This document shows, piece after piece, positions 19,640 to 29,609 of a DNA stretch of 64,000 nt. The position numbers and the translations under genes are program-made. The stretch spans positions 484,003 through 548,002 of the forward strand of contig CAWEOP010000008.1 in assembly GCA_963810755.1 (NCBI GenBank). The letters are read 5' to 3'. This DNA comes from an uncultured Gammaproteobacteria bacterium. GTDB taxonomy: Bacteria; Pseudomonadota; Gammaproteobacteria; Steroidobacterales; Rariloculaceae. A model generated the notes under the pieces. That model saw only the letters and a program-made list of their open reading frames with translations, did no database searches and was not told the DNA's origin. How positions within the stretch are numbered: the stretch's first letter is position 1; each line of letters starts with the position of its first letter.

Positions 19640-19957
19640 ATGCGGCGCGTGACAGTCGGACTGGCTTTTCTTGCGGGCGTCGTTGTCGCGGGCTTCGCGG
19701 TCGCTCATAGCGCCGTCTGCACCTGCTTCGACAACGGCGATAAGACGGTGACGTGCGAAGGCGGTTTCTCGGACGGCAGCTCGGCGACGGGCGTCTCGAT
19801 CCGCGTGTTCGATGCGCACGACAAGGTGCTCAACGAAGGGAAGATGGACGGAAAAGGCACGTTCACCTTCAAGAAGCCCGAGGTGGACTATCACGTCATC
19901 TTCGACGCCGGTCAGGGCCACGTCGTGACGATCGACGGCGGCGACATCACGGAATAG
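19640..19957 (+). CDS. Small secreted protein, first gene of the metal-uptake locus
   Basis: 105 aa, signal peptide ..AGFAVAHS, three Cys near the mature N-terminus (CTCFDNGDKTVTC), beta-rich remainder. Confidence 0.55.
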   Translation: MRRVTVGLAFLAGVVVAGFAVAHSAVCTCFDNGDKTVTCEGGFSDGSSATGVSIRVFDAHDKVLNEGKMDGKGTFTFKKPEVDYHVIFDAGQGHVVTIDGGDITE

Positions 19958-19970
19958 CAAGGACGCTGCG

Positions 19971-20858
19971 ATGAGCATTCTCGACCCGGCGGTGCCGGAG
20001 GGCATTACCCGCGTCCGCGTGCCGGCCGCCGCCCGTTGCGCCACTCGTGTCGGATGTGCGGCAGCGGCGCTCGCCGCCGCCGGCGCGGCGCAGGCCCACT
20101 TCCAATTGCTCTACACGCCTGAAACGGCGCTCTCGGGTGCGCAGGCGCTGCATTTCGTGATGGTGTTCTCCCACCCGGCGCATGGCGGTCCGTCGATGCA
20201 GATGGGCGCGCCGGAGGCGTTCTTCGTCGTGAGCCAGCGCGGCGACGACAGCGAGCCCGTGAAGACCGACCTCAAGGGATCGTTGCTGCCGATCGAGTGG
20301 CAGAGCAAGGACGGTCCCGTCCATGCCTACGAAGCGAGCCTGCCGCGCAACGCGACTCGCTCCCTCGGCGACTACGTGTTCGTGTTCCAGCCGGCGCCGT
20401 ACCTCGAAAAGCAGGAAGACAAGTTCATTCAGCAGTTCACCAAGACCGTGGTGAACGTGGGGGGCGTGCCCGGTAACTGGGCCGAGCCCGTCGGACTGCC
20501 GACCGAGATCGTGCCGCTCGACAAGCCGTACGCGAACTGGACGGGCGGCGTGTTCCGCGGCGTCGTGTTTTCGGACGGCAAGCCCGTACCGAATGCCGAG
20601 CTCGAGGTCGAGTACGTGAACTATCCGCTCGACATCGACGTGCACCGCTTCGCGGCGGAAGCGCAGGTAGCGTTTCCGCAGGGCTCGTTCGGAACCATGG
20701 GCATCCACGCGAACGATCGCGGCGAGTTCACGGTCGGGCTCGCGCGCGCGGGCTGGTGGGGCGTATGCGCCCTCAACGTCGGTCCGAAGAAAGAGCACGA
20801 GGGCAAGCCGCTGTCGCAAGACGCGGTGATCTGGGTTCAAGTTCGGGACATGAAGTAG
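19971..20858 (+). CDS. DUF4198-domain periplasmic protein (NikM/CbiM-associated type)
   Basis: 295 aa, signal peptide ..AAGAAQA|HFQLLY. The mature N-terminal HF.L start and Ig-like middle (GGVFRGVVFSDGKPVPNAELEVEY) are typical of DUF4198. Confidence 0.7.
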   Translation: MSILDPAVPEGITRVRVPAAARCATRVGCAAAALAAAGAAQAHFQLLYTPETALSGAQALHFVMVFSHPAHGGPSMQMGAPEAFFVVSQRGDDSEPVKTDLKGSLLPIEWQSKDGPVHAYEASLPRNATRSLGDYVFVFQPAPYLEKQEDKFIQQFTKTVVNVGGVPGNWAEPVGLPTEIVPLDKPYANWTGGVFRGVVFSDGKPVPNAELEVEYVNYPLDIDVHRFAAEAQVAFPQGSFGTMGIHANDRGEFTVGLARAGWWGVCALNVGPKKEHEGKPLSQDAVIWVQVRDMK

Positions 20859-20863
20859 CCGTC

Positions 20864-21538
20864 ATGGCCGCAACCGCCGCCGCAACCAAACTGACGATCG
20901 TGCCGCCGCGCAGCGGCAAGCTCGAAGCGGCGCTCGTGGCGCTCACGGTCGTCGTGATCCTCGCCGTCGGCGGTGCGTTGATCAAGGCGACGCAGGTCGA
21001 CAACTTCGAGCCGCGGCTGTTCGGCTGGCAGATCAGCTCGTTCTACGATCTGAATCCCACCGATCAAGCCATCTACAACGCGCTCGTCACCGCGAGCGAC
21101 GAGCTCTGGTGGATCTGGGGCGGCCGCATCGAGTTTCCCGCGCCGGGCGAGGAGGACGAGCCTTGGCCGACCGTCGAGTCGCTCGACACGCAGTACAACC
21201 TGCCGCCGTTCGTGAAGGACGTGCAGTGGGAGCAGACCGGGAGGGTCAAATGGCAGCGGATCCAGGCGTTCGCGAACACGGGTAACCAGGACGGCAATTC
21301 TTCTTATTTTGGCAACGGCGGCACGGTGCCGGGCCAGGCAGGCGCCTACTTGCTCGTGCTAACGCACGTGCATAAAGGCGCGAGCTACGCCGACGGCGCG
21401 CAGATGTGGGTGCACAAGGATCCGAACGCGCCGATCCCGAAGCTCACGAAGACGGATTCCCTGATCGCCAACGGCTGGAAGGAAGTCATCCCGTACAACG
21501 GGGCCGTGGAACTGGAGCGCCTCAAAGGTAGCAAGTGA
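20864..21538 (+). CDS. Membrane-anchored hypothetical protein in the metal-uptake locus
   Basis: ATG at 20864. One N-terminal TM helix (LVALTVVVILAVGGALI), then a soluble Trp-rich domain. No family recognised. Confidence 0.5.
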   Translation: MAATAAATKLTIVPPRSGKLEAALVALTVVVILAVGGALIKATQVDNFEPRLFGWQISSFYDLNPTDQAIYNALVTASDELWWIWGGRIEFPAPGEEDEPWPTVESLDTQYNLPPFVKDVQWEQTGRVKWQRIQAFANTGNQDGNSSYFGNGGTVPGQAGAYLLVLTHVHKGASYADGAQMWVHKDPNAPIPKLTKTDSLIANGWKEVIPYNGAVELERLKGSK

Positions 21539-21539
21539 A

Positions 21540-22466
21540 ATGCGCAGCTTCTTACGAGTAGTTCGTGCCGCTTTGATCCTCGCGCTGTCCGCGCACGCGG
21601 TGTCCGCTTCGGCAGCGCAGGGCGGCCGGCTGAAGATCGGCATCACGCTGCACCCTTACTACAGCTTCGTCGCCAACATCGTGGGCGACAAGGCCGACGT
21701 CGTGGGGCTCATCGACTCGCACGCCAACCCGCACAACTACACGCCGCAGCCCGACGACATGAAGCGCGTGATGACGATGGACGTGCTCGTCGTGAACGGT
21801 ATCGGCCACGACGAGTGGGCGTTCGATATCGTCAAGGCGGCCGGCCGCGAGAAGAATCTGAAGCTCATCTACGCGAACGCGGAGGTGGCGCTGATCCCGA
21901 TCGCCGCCGACGGCGGCCAGGCGAAGGTCGTGAACCCGCATACGTTCGTGTCGACCACCGCGGCGATCCAGCAGATCTTCACGATCGCGAAGGAGCTCGG
22001 CGAGATCGACAAGCCTAACGCCAAGTTCTACCGCGACAACGCTCGCGCCTACGCGCAGCGCATCCGCACGATGAAGACGCAGTTCAGCGCACAGCTCGCC
22101 GACGTCGACGTCGCGAGCTTCCGCTGCGCGACCATGCACGCGGGCTACGGGTATCTCATGCAGGAGTTCGGGCTGCAGGTGGCCGCCGTCATCGAGCCGC
22201 GCCACGGCGTGGAGCCCACCGCGCGCCAGCTCGCGGAGACGATCGACCGGATCAAGGCCGCCAACGTCCAGGTGCTGTTCGCCGAGAAGTACTTCGCGAG
22301 CAAGCTCGCCGATACGATCAAGGACGCCACCGGCGTGCAGATGTATTCCTTCTCGCACATGTCCGACGGCGATTACTCGCCCGATCTCTACGAGCGCGAA
22401 ATGCGTCTGAATCTCGAGACGCTCGTCCAGGCAATGCACGACGTCGCACAGAAGAAGGCCAACTGA
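21540..22466 (+). CDS. Metal (Zn/Mn-type) ABC transporter substrate-binding protein, cluster A-I (ZnuA/TroA-like)
   Basis: 308 aa, signal peptide. Canonical ligand positions are present (TLHPYY, NPHNY, NPHTF, C-terminal acidic/His FSHMSD). Confidence 0.85.
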   Translation: MRSFLRVVRAALILALSAHAVSASAAQGGRLKIGITLHPYYSFVANIVGDKADVVGLIDSHANPHNYTPQPDDMKRVMTMDVLVVNGIGHDEWAFDIVKAAGREKNLKLIYANAEVALIPIAADGGQAKVVNPHTFVSTTAAIQQIFTIAKELGEIDKPNAKFYRDNARAYAQRIRTMKTQFSAQLADVDVASFRCATMHAGYGYLMQEFGLQVAAVIEPRHGVEPTARQLAETIDRIKAANVQVLFAEKYFASKLADTIKDATGVQMYSFSHMSDGDYSPDLYEREMRLNLETLVQAMHDVAQKKAN

Positions 22467-22474
22467 AGCCCCTC

Positions 22475-23221
22475 ATGCGCGGTCCTTCGATTCGGTTCGA
22501 CCACGTCGACCTCGCGCTCGGCGGCGCGCAAATCTTGCGCGACGTGAACTTCTCGATCGCCGCGGGCGAGATCCATTGCCTGATCGGCCCGAACGGCGGC
22601 GGCAAGACGTCGTTGATCCGCAGCCTGCTCGGACAGATGCCGCATACCGGGACGATCGCGGTGGACTGGGGCGAAACTCGAACGATCGGCTACGTGCCGC
22701 AAGCGCTCGATTTCGACAAGACGCTGCCGGTCACCGTCGACGACTTCATGGCCATGGTGTGCCAGAAGCGGCGTCCGGCGTTCATCGGGCTCAGCAAAGC
22801 GAACCGGCCGCGGGCCGAGGCGGCGCTCGAGCGCGTGGGCCTGGTCGGCAAGAACAAACGCAAGCTCGGCAGCTTGTCGGGCGGCGAACGCCAGCGCGTT
22901 CTATTCGCGCAGGCGTTGATCCCGGAGCCCGCGATGCTCGTGCTCGACGAGCCGATGACGAGCATGGATGAGGTCGGCGCGGAGCGCTTCGTGCAGGTGA
23001 TCCAAGATCTCTCGGCCGCCGGTGTCACCGTGATCTGGATCGCGCACGATCTCGCGCAAGTGCGTGCGCTTGCGCGCAACGTCACGTGCATCAACCGCAC
23101 AGTGCTGTTCACGGGCCCACCGAGCGAGGTGCTAGCGAACTTCGACGCGGAAGTGCTGTTCACGCAAGTGCTGCAGGTGGCGGCCGAGCCCATGAGCGCG
23201 GCCAAGGTGGGTGCGGCATGA
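22475..23221 (+). CDS. Metal ABC transporter ATP-binding protein (ZnuC-like)
   Basis: Walker A GPNGGGKTS, signature LSGGERQR, Walker B LLVLDEP. Confidence 0.85.
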   Translation: MRGPSIRFDHVDLALGGAQILRDVNFSIAAGEIHCLIGPNGGGKTSLIRSLLGQMPHTGTIAVDWGETRTIGYVPQALDFDKTLPVTVDDFMAMVCQKRRPAFIGLSKANRPRAEAALERVGLVGKNKRKLGSLSGGERQRVLFAQALIPEPAMLVLDEPMTSMDEVGAERFVQVIQDLSAAGVTVIWIAHDLAQVRALARNVTCINRTVLFTGPPSEVLANFDAEVLFTQVLQVAAEPMSAAKVGAA

Positions 23222-24123
23222 GCGAGCTGTACATGTGGATCCGCGATTACCTCATGGCACTCGCGTTCGACGGCAAGCTGCCGCTGTCGTTCCAGTATGG
23301 CTTCGTCATCAACGCGCTGTTGTGCGCGTTGTTCATCGGCCCGGTGCTCGGCGGCGTCGGAACGATGGTCGTCACGAAGCGGATGGCGTTCTTCTCCCAG
23401 GCGATCGGCAATGCGGCGATGACGGGTGTTGCGATCGGCGTGCTGTTAGGGGAGTCGTACACCGAGCCGTACGTGTCGATGTTCGGTTTCTGCGTGCTGT
23501 TCGGCCTCGTGCTGCAGTTCACCAAGGGGCGCACGCAGATCTCGTCCGACACGCTGATCGGCGTGTTCCTATCGATCTCACTCGCAGTCGGCGCTTCGCT
23601 GCTGTTGTTCGTTTCCGCGCGAGTCAACACGCACATCCTCGAGGCCGTGCTGTTCGGCTCGGTGCTCACCGTGAGCGACACGGACATGAACGTGCTGCTG
23701 GTCACGACCGCGGCCGTGATCGCCGTGGCGATCCCGCTGTTCAATCCGCTCGTGCTCGCGAGCTTCAACCCGAACCTCGCGAAGGTTCGGGGCGTGAAGG
23801 TGCAGCTCGTCGAGTACGTCTTCGTGCTGATGATCACGCTGCTCACCGTCGCGTGCCTCAAGATCGTGGGCGCGGTGCTCGTAGAGGCGCTGCTGCTGAT
23901 CCCGGCTGCGGCCGCGAGGAATCTCATCCGCTCGATGCGCGGGTTCGTGTTCCTCAGCATGATCATCTCCACGATCAGCTGCATCGCGGGCGTGATGATC
24001 CCGATGCAGTTCGATCTGCCCGTTCCTTCGGGCGGCGCAATCATCATGGTGGCTACTGCGATCTTCGTTCTGACGATGATCGTTCGAATCACTGTCTCGC
24101 GATTCCGCGAAGCGGAGGTGTGA
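23218..24123 (+). CDS. Metal ABC transporter permease (ZnuB-like)
   Basis: ATG at 23218 overlaps the ATPase stop (ATGA). About 300 aa, 8-9 TM helices, typical ..FFSQAIGNAAMTGVAIG.. region. Confidence 0.85.
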   Translation: MSELYMWIRDYLMALAFDGKLPLSFQYGFVINALLCALFIGPVLGGVGTMVVTKRMAFFSQAIGNAAMTGVAIGVLLGESYTEPYVSMFGFCVLFGLVLQFTKGRTQISSDTLIGVFLSISLAVGASLLLFVSARVNTHILEAVLFGSVLTVSDTDMNVLLVTTAAVIAVAIPLFNPLVLASFNPNLAKVRGVKVQLVEYVFVLMITLLTVACLKIVGAVLVEALLLIPAAAARNLIRSMRGFVFLSMIISTISCIAGVMIPMQFDLPVPSGGAIIMVATAIFVLTMIVRITVSRFREAEV

Positions 24124-24126
24124 GTC

Positions 24127-25104
24127 ATGTCGTACGCTAAACGTCTGGGTCTGCTCGGCACCTTGAGTCTCGCCATCGCCGCGGGCGGAGCATCCGCCGA
24201 CGAGCCCGCGGGCAACGTGACGGTGCTCACGGCGCTGCCGGTGACATACTCGATCGCGTCCGCGCTCGCGGCCGGCACGCATGTGACCGTGCAGAACGTG
24301 CCGGAGAACGGCCGGCGCATGAATGCGCAGCAGAATTACTTCACGCTCCAGGCGCCGAAGCTCGCCGATCAGTTCGCCCACGCCTCGGCCGTGATCACGA
24401 TCGGTAAGCTTTGGCAGGACGATCCGCTGTTCGTCGCGGCGCGCGCGGCGAACATCCGCGTGATCGACATCGATGCAACCAAGCCCTATTCGGATACGCT
24501 CGAAGGCGTGTCCGTCGCGTTCGAGCCCGAGACCGATGCGCCATGGACGGAGCACGAGGGCGAATCCGCGCCGGTACCGTCGCTGTACTTCTGGCTCAGC
24601 GCTTCGAACGTTGCGCGCGCCTCCGACATCGTGGGACAGGACTTGATGCGCCTCGCGCCGGCGGATGCGCCTAGGATCGCCGCGAATCTCGCGAAGTTCG
24701 AGCGCGAAGTGCTCGACATCAAGCGTGAATATGAAGCGAAGCTAGCCGCGCTGCCCGATGTCACCGTTTACGGGCTCGGCCCCGGACTCGTTTATCTGCT
24801 CACGGACATGAGCATTTTCGTCGATGGCTACTTCCTGAAGCAGGACATCAACTGGACGCCGGAAGACGTCTCGAGTTTTTCGAAATATTTGAAGGACCAC
24901 GGCATCAAGGTAGTCGTGCACCAGTGGGACCCGTCGGAGGCGATCAAGGGTGCGATCACATCGGCCGGAGCGAAGCTCGTCGTGCTCGACCTCGGTGACG
25001 GTGGGATCGTAGAGGACGGTCATCTCGTGCCCGACGGCTACACGCGGTTGCTGCGCTCGAACCTCGACGCTTTGTACCAGGCCTTGCACGCGGCGAATGG
25101 CTGA
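24127..25104 (+). CDS. Second ZnuA/TroA-like periplasmic protein with all metal-ligand positions substituted
   Basis: 325 aa, signal peptide. Same fold-level pattern as 21540..22466, but LHPYY is replaced by LPVTY, NPHNY by NAQQNY and NPHTF by SLYFW. Confidence 0.6.
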   Translation: MSYAKRLGLLGTLSLAIAAGGASADEPAGNVTVLTALPVTYSIASALAAGTHVTVQNVPENGRRMNAQQNYFTLQAPKLADQFAHASAVITIGKLWQDDPLFVAARAANIRVIDIDATKPYSDTLEGVSVAFEPETDAPWTEHEGESAPVPSLYFWLSASNVARASDIVGQDLMRLAPADAPRIAANLAKFEREVLDIKREYEAKLAALPDVTVYGLGPGLVYLLTDMSIFVDGYFLKQDINWTPEDVSSFSKYLKDHGIKVVVHQWDPSEAIKGAITSAGAKLVVLDLGDGGIVEDGHLVPDGYTRLLRSNLDALYQALHAANG

Positions 25105-25161
25105 GCGCGTCTAGGGAACCCCGGACGCATCATCGAAGCGCGTGGACGCCGCGCATCGAAC

Positions 25162-25524
25162 ATGAAGTCGTTGTCGACCGTCGTCGCTCTCGCCGGAGCC
25201 TCCATTGCGCTCGCGGCGCAGGCTCATCACTCCGCCGCGGTCTACTATCAGCTCGACAAGGAAATCACCGTCGAGGGCTCCGTCACGAAGTTCACGCTCG
25301 GCAATCCGCATACCCGCATCTACCTCACGGTGAAAGGTGCGGGCGGCAAGGACCAGGAGTGGATGGCGGAGGGCGGCTCGCGCTCGGCGCTGCTCCGCAA
25401 AGGTTGGACGGGCGAGGAGGTCAAGCCGGGCGACGTCGTGACGATCGTCGGCCACCCTTCGCGCGACGGCTCGAACGTCGTTCACTGGCAAACGCTATTT
25501 CTTGCCGACGGCACGCAGCTCTAG
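25162..25524 (+). CDS. Small secreted DUF6152-like protein
   Basis: 120 aa. ..LAAQA|HHSAAVYY, GNPH. Lies directly upstream of the first DUF1592/DUF1552 pair. Confidence 0.65.
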   Translation: MKSLSTVVALAGASIALAAQAHHSAAVYYQLDKEITVEGSVTKFTLGNPHTRIYLTVKGAGGKDQEWMAEGGSRSALLRKGWTGEEVKPGDVVTIVGHPSRDGSNVVHWQTLFLADGTQL

Positions 25525-25724
25525 GACGAGGATTTCCTGAGCCGAGCAGCGTCGACGCGCTTCGCAAGCGCCGGGAGCGCAGCGCGCCGCGGTAATGCGC
25601 AGTTCTGTCCCCGCGCAATCGGCCGCGGCTGGCGCGCCGTCGAGAGTTCTTGAGCTGCCAGCGGGGACCTGCGGCCGTTAGTTGTTTATAGTCCTGAGAG
25701 CGAGACCACTCGAGAGGGAAGTGC

Positions 25725-28173
25725 GTGAAGAGCAACGGTCTACGACTCGTAATGCTTGGCGCCGCCGCCACGCTCGCGACTGCGTGCCAGCCGTCGCGCG
25801 AGGAGGTCGTCGCCGCGCACCAGCAGACCATCAGCCGCTATTGCCTCGATTGCCACAACTACGCTGAGCAAGTCGCCGATCTCTCGCTCGAGCCGGTGAA
25901 GCTCGACAAGGTCGCGGCCGATCCCGAGAAATGGGAGAAGGTCGTGCGCAAGCTGCGCGCGGGAATGATGCCGCCATCCGGCAATCCGCGCCCCGAGCAC
26001 GACACCTACAAAACCCTCGCGAGCTGGATCGAAACCGAGCTCGATCGAGATCCGACAGAGATCCTGCCGCCACCCGGACTGCACCGCATGAACCGCGCGG
26101 AGTACGGCAACGCCATCCGCGATCTGCTGGCGCTCGACATCGATTCCGGCGCGTTCCTGCCGGCTGACGATTCGAGCCGCGGCTTCGACAATCAAGCCGG
26201 CACGCTGGGGCTGTCTCCTGCGCTGCTAGAGGCGTACCTGAGCGCCGCGAGCAAGATCAGCCGGCTCGCCCTCGGCGACGTCGCGGCGCCGAGCCAAACG
26301 ATGTACCGCGTCGCCACCGACGCGACGCAGAACTACCACGTCGAAGGCCTGCCGTTCGGCACGCGCGGCGGTCTCGTCTTCGAGCACGAGTTCCCAACCG
26401 ATGCCGAGTACAACATCAAGGTGTATTCGGTGAACCTCGGCAATATGGGTAACTTTCGCCCATTCGGTGAGGTCCGCGGCGAGAAGCTCGAGGTGCTGGT
26501 CGACGGCGAGCGCGTGCAGCTCATCGATTGGGACGAGGCGTTCCAGCTGAACCGCGGGGGATTCGGCGGGTTTAGCGGGCAGCTCAAGACGATCGACGTG
26601 CGAGTGCCGGTCGCTGCCGGCCCGCACAACGTCGGCGTCACGTTCCTCGCGACGAACTATGCGCCGGGCCTCGACATGAACCGCGCGTTCGAGCGCAGCA
26701 CGATCGAGACGGGTGGGCTGCCGGGCTATACGTTCTACCCGCACATCGGCAGCGTTCGGATCGACGGTCCGTACAACGTGAAAGGCGCGGGCGACACGCC
26801 GAGCCGCCGTCACATCTTGAGCTGCACGCCCGTGTCCGCAGCCGACGAGCGGCCTTGCGCGGAGAAGATTCTCGGCGCGCTCGCGCGTCAAGCGTTCCGC
26901 GGCACGCAAACGCCGGCGGACACGGAGACGCTGCTCGCGTTCTACGAGCAGGGTCGCGCCGCGGGAAAGTTCGAGGACGGTATCGAGATGGCCGTCGAGC
27001 GGCTGCTCGCCGACCCGAAGTTCATCTATCGAATCGAGGAGGAGCCTGCGGGCGTCGCGGAAAACGAGAACTACCGAATCAACGATCTCGAGCTCGCGTC
27101 GCGACTGTCGTTCTTCCTCTGGAGCAGCATCCCGGACGACGAGCTGTTGACGCTCGCGGAGCAGGGTAAGCTCGCGGACGCCGCGGTGCTCGAGAAGCAA
27201 GTGCGCCGCATGATCGCGGACCCTCGTTCCGAAGCGCTCACCGCGAACTTCGCGGGCCAGTGGTTGAACCTGCGCGCGCTCGAGGGTCACGTTCCGGTCG
27301 CGTCGTTGTTCCCGGACTTCGACGATAACCTGCGCCAGGCGTTCCGCCGCGAGACCGAGCTCCTGTTCGACAGCTTGATTCGCGAGAACCGCCCGATCAC
27401 CGAGCTGCTCACGGCCGACTACACGTTCGTGAACGAGCGCCTCGCGAAGCACTACGGCATTCCCGGCATCTACGGCAGCCGCTTCCAGCGCGTGACGCTC
27501 GGCCCCGAGCTCGACGCGCGCCGGGGGCTGCTCGGCAAGGGCAGTCTGCTCGCGACGTCGTCGCAGCCGATCCGCACGTCGCCCGTGATTCGCGGTTATT
27601 GGGTGCTGCAGAACCTGCTCGGGGTTCCGCCGCCGCCGCCGCCGCCGGACGTGCCTGATCTCAAGGATCAAAAAGCCGACGCGGCCGGCAACGCGGCGAT
27701 CCCGTCGATGCGCGAGCAGATGGAGCGGCATCGCGCGGACCCCGCTTGCGCGGGTTGCCACACGCTGATGGACCCGATCGGCTTCGCGCTCGAGCAATTC
27801 GACGGCATCGGCACGTGGCGCACGACCGATGGTGCGAACGTGATCGATGCGTCGAGCGTCATGTACGACGGCACCAAGATCAACGGGCCGGCGGATCTGC
27901 AGGAACTTCCTGCTGAGCTATTCGGACCAATTCGCACGAACGGTGACGGAGAAGCTACTCACGTACGCGGTGGGCCGGGGCGTCGAGTACTACGACATGC
28001 CGATCGTCCGCGAGATCGTGCGCAACGCGGAGATGGACGACTACCGGTTTGACACGCTGATCCTCGAGGTCGTAAAGAGCGACCCTTTCCAGATGAACAG
28101 TAAGTCGGGGCCGCATCCCCCAACCAGAAGCGACGCCGGCTCGTCGTCCGTGACGGCCGCGGTGCGCGACTGA
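25725..28173 (+). pseudogene. DUF1592/DUF1595/DUF1587/DUF1588/DUF1585 multidomain protein with two CxxCH motifs, one frameshift near 27900
   Basis: GTG start. CLDCH near the N-terminus and CAGCH near the C-terminus. Paralog of 58802..61378. After ..GPADLQ the homologous reading (NFLLSYSDQFARTVTEKLLTYAVGRGVEYYD..) continues in ORF 27847..28173. Confidence 0.75.
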
Positions 28174-28199
28174 AGCACCTTCTTAAGGAGGAGAGGGCG

Positions 28200-29540
28200 A
28201 TGGGTTTCATTACCAACAAGACGTTGCACCGGCGCACGTTCCTGCGCGGAGTAGGCGCCACCGTCGCGCTGCCGCTGCTCGAGTCGATGCTGCCGGCCGT
28301 CGGCTCCGTCGCGCGCGCGGCGCAGCTGTCGCCGACGCGGTTTACCGGAATCTTCGTTCCGCATGGCGCCGCGCCGGGTTACTGGATTCCGAGCGGCGAG
28401 CGCAATTTCGAGATGCCGTTCATCTACAAGCCGCTCGAGAAGGTCCGCAGCCAAGTCGTGATCACGAGCGGGCTCTGGGCGAAGTCTTCCGAGAATCCGC
28501 CCGGCGTGACGGGCGCGGACCACTTCGTGGCCGCGGCGTATCTCTGCGGCACGAAGCCGCGCAAGACGACGGGCGCCGACATCGAGTGCGGCACGACCCT
28601 CGATCAGGTCATCGCGCAGCACATCGGTCAGGAGACGCTGCTGCCGTCGCTGCAACTCGCGGTGGAGGACCCGGGCGCTAACGCGAGCAACTGCGGAGAG
28701 GGCTACAGCTGCGTCTACACGAACTCGATTTCCTGGGCGACGCCGGTGCGGGCGCTGCCGATGCAGGTGAACCCGCAGGTCGTGTTCGAGCGCCTGTTCG
28801 GCGACGGCGGCACGGCTGAGGAACGGACCGCGCGGCGTGTGCAGCAGCGCAGCATTCTCGACTCGGTCACGAGCTCGCTCGCGACTCTCGAAGGCAAGCT
28901 CGGCGCGTCCGACCGCGTGCGGCTCGATCAATACCTCGAGGATGTCCGCGAGATCGAGCGGCGCCTGCAGATTGCGACCAAGGCGTCGACCGACGCTCCG
29001 GCGATTGCGATGCCGTACGGGGTGCCGGAGTCGTTCGACGAGCACATCAGGCTGCAGTTCGACCTGCTCGCGCTGGCGTTCCAGGGCGACATCAGCCGCG
29101 TGGGCACGCTGCTTTACGCGCGCGACCTAACGGGTCGGGTGTACCCCGATAGCGGCACGGACATCAGCTTCCACGGCGGCTCGCACCACGCGGAGGACCC
29201 GGGCCGTGTCGCGCAGTACGCACGTCTCAACCAGTATCACGTGAAGACGATCGCGTACTTCGCCGAAAAGTTGAAGTCGATCCCCGACGGCGACGGCACG
29301 CTGCTCGACCATTCGCTCGTGCTGTACGGATCGAACATGGGCAACTCGAATCAGCACCTACACTACGACGTGCCGCACGTGCTGATCGGCGGCGCGTCGG
29401 GTCAGCTCAAGGGCAACCGCCATCTCGCATTCCCGAGCCGGACGGTGCCGACGAGCAACCTGCTGCTCAGCATTCTCGATATGTACGGCGTGCACCAAGA
29501 CTCGTTCGGCGACAGCACGGGTCGGATCGAGAGCCTGTGA
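28200..29540 (+). CDS. DUF1552-domain protein with twin-arginine signal
   Basis: 446 aa. RRTFLRGVGA Tat motif, family HxxSHH motif (FHGGSHH). Paralog of 61402..62739. Confidence 0.8.
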   Translation: MGFITNKTLHRRTFLRGVGATVALPLLESMLPAVGSVARAAQLSPTRFTGIFVPHGAAPGYWIPSGERNFEMPFIYKPLEKVRSQVVITSGLWAKSSENPPGVTGADHFVAAAYLCGTKPRKTTGADIECGTTLDQVIAQHIGQETLLPSLQLAVEDPGANASNCGEGYSCVYTNSISWATPVRALPMQVNPQVVFERLFGDGGTAEERTARRVQQRSILDSVTSSLATLEGKLGASDRVRLDQYLEDVREIERRLQIATKASTDAPAIAMPYGVPESFDEHIRLQFDLLALAFQGDISRVGTLLYARDLTGRVYPDSGTDISFHGGSHHAEDPGRVAQYARLNQYHVKTIAYFAEKLKSIPDGDGTLLDHSLVLYGSNMGNSNQHLHYDVPHVLIGGASGQLKGNRHLAFPSRTVPTSNLLLSILDMYGVHQDSFGDSTGRIESL

Positions 29541-29609
29541 TTCGAGTCGCCGGACGGCGACCACGAAGATTCGAGTTTGACGGCGCCGATGCAGGCGCGC
29601 TGCAGTCCT

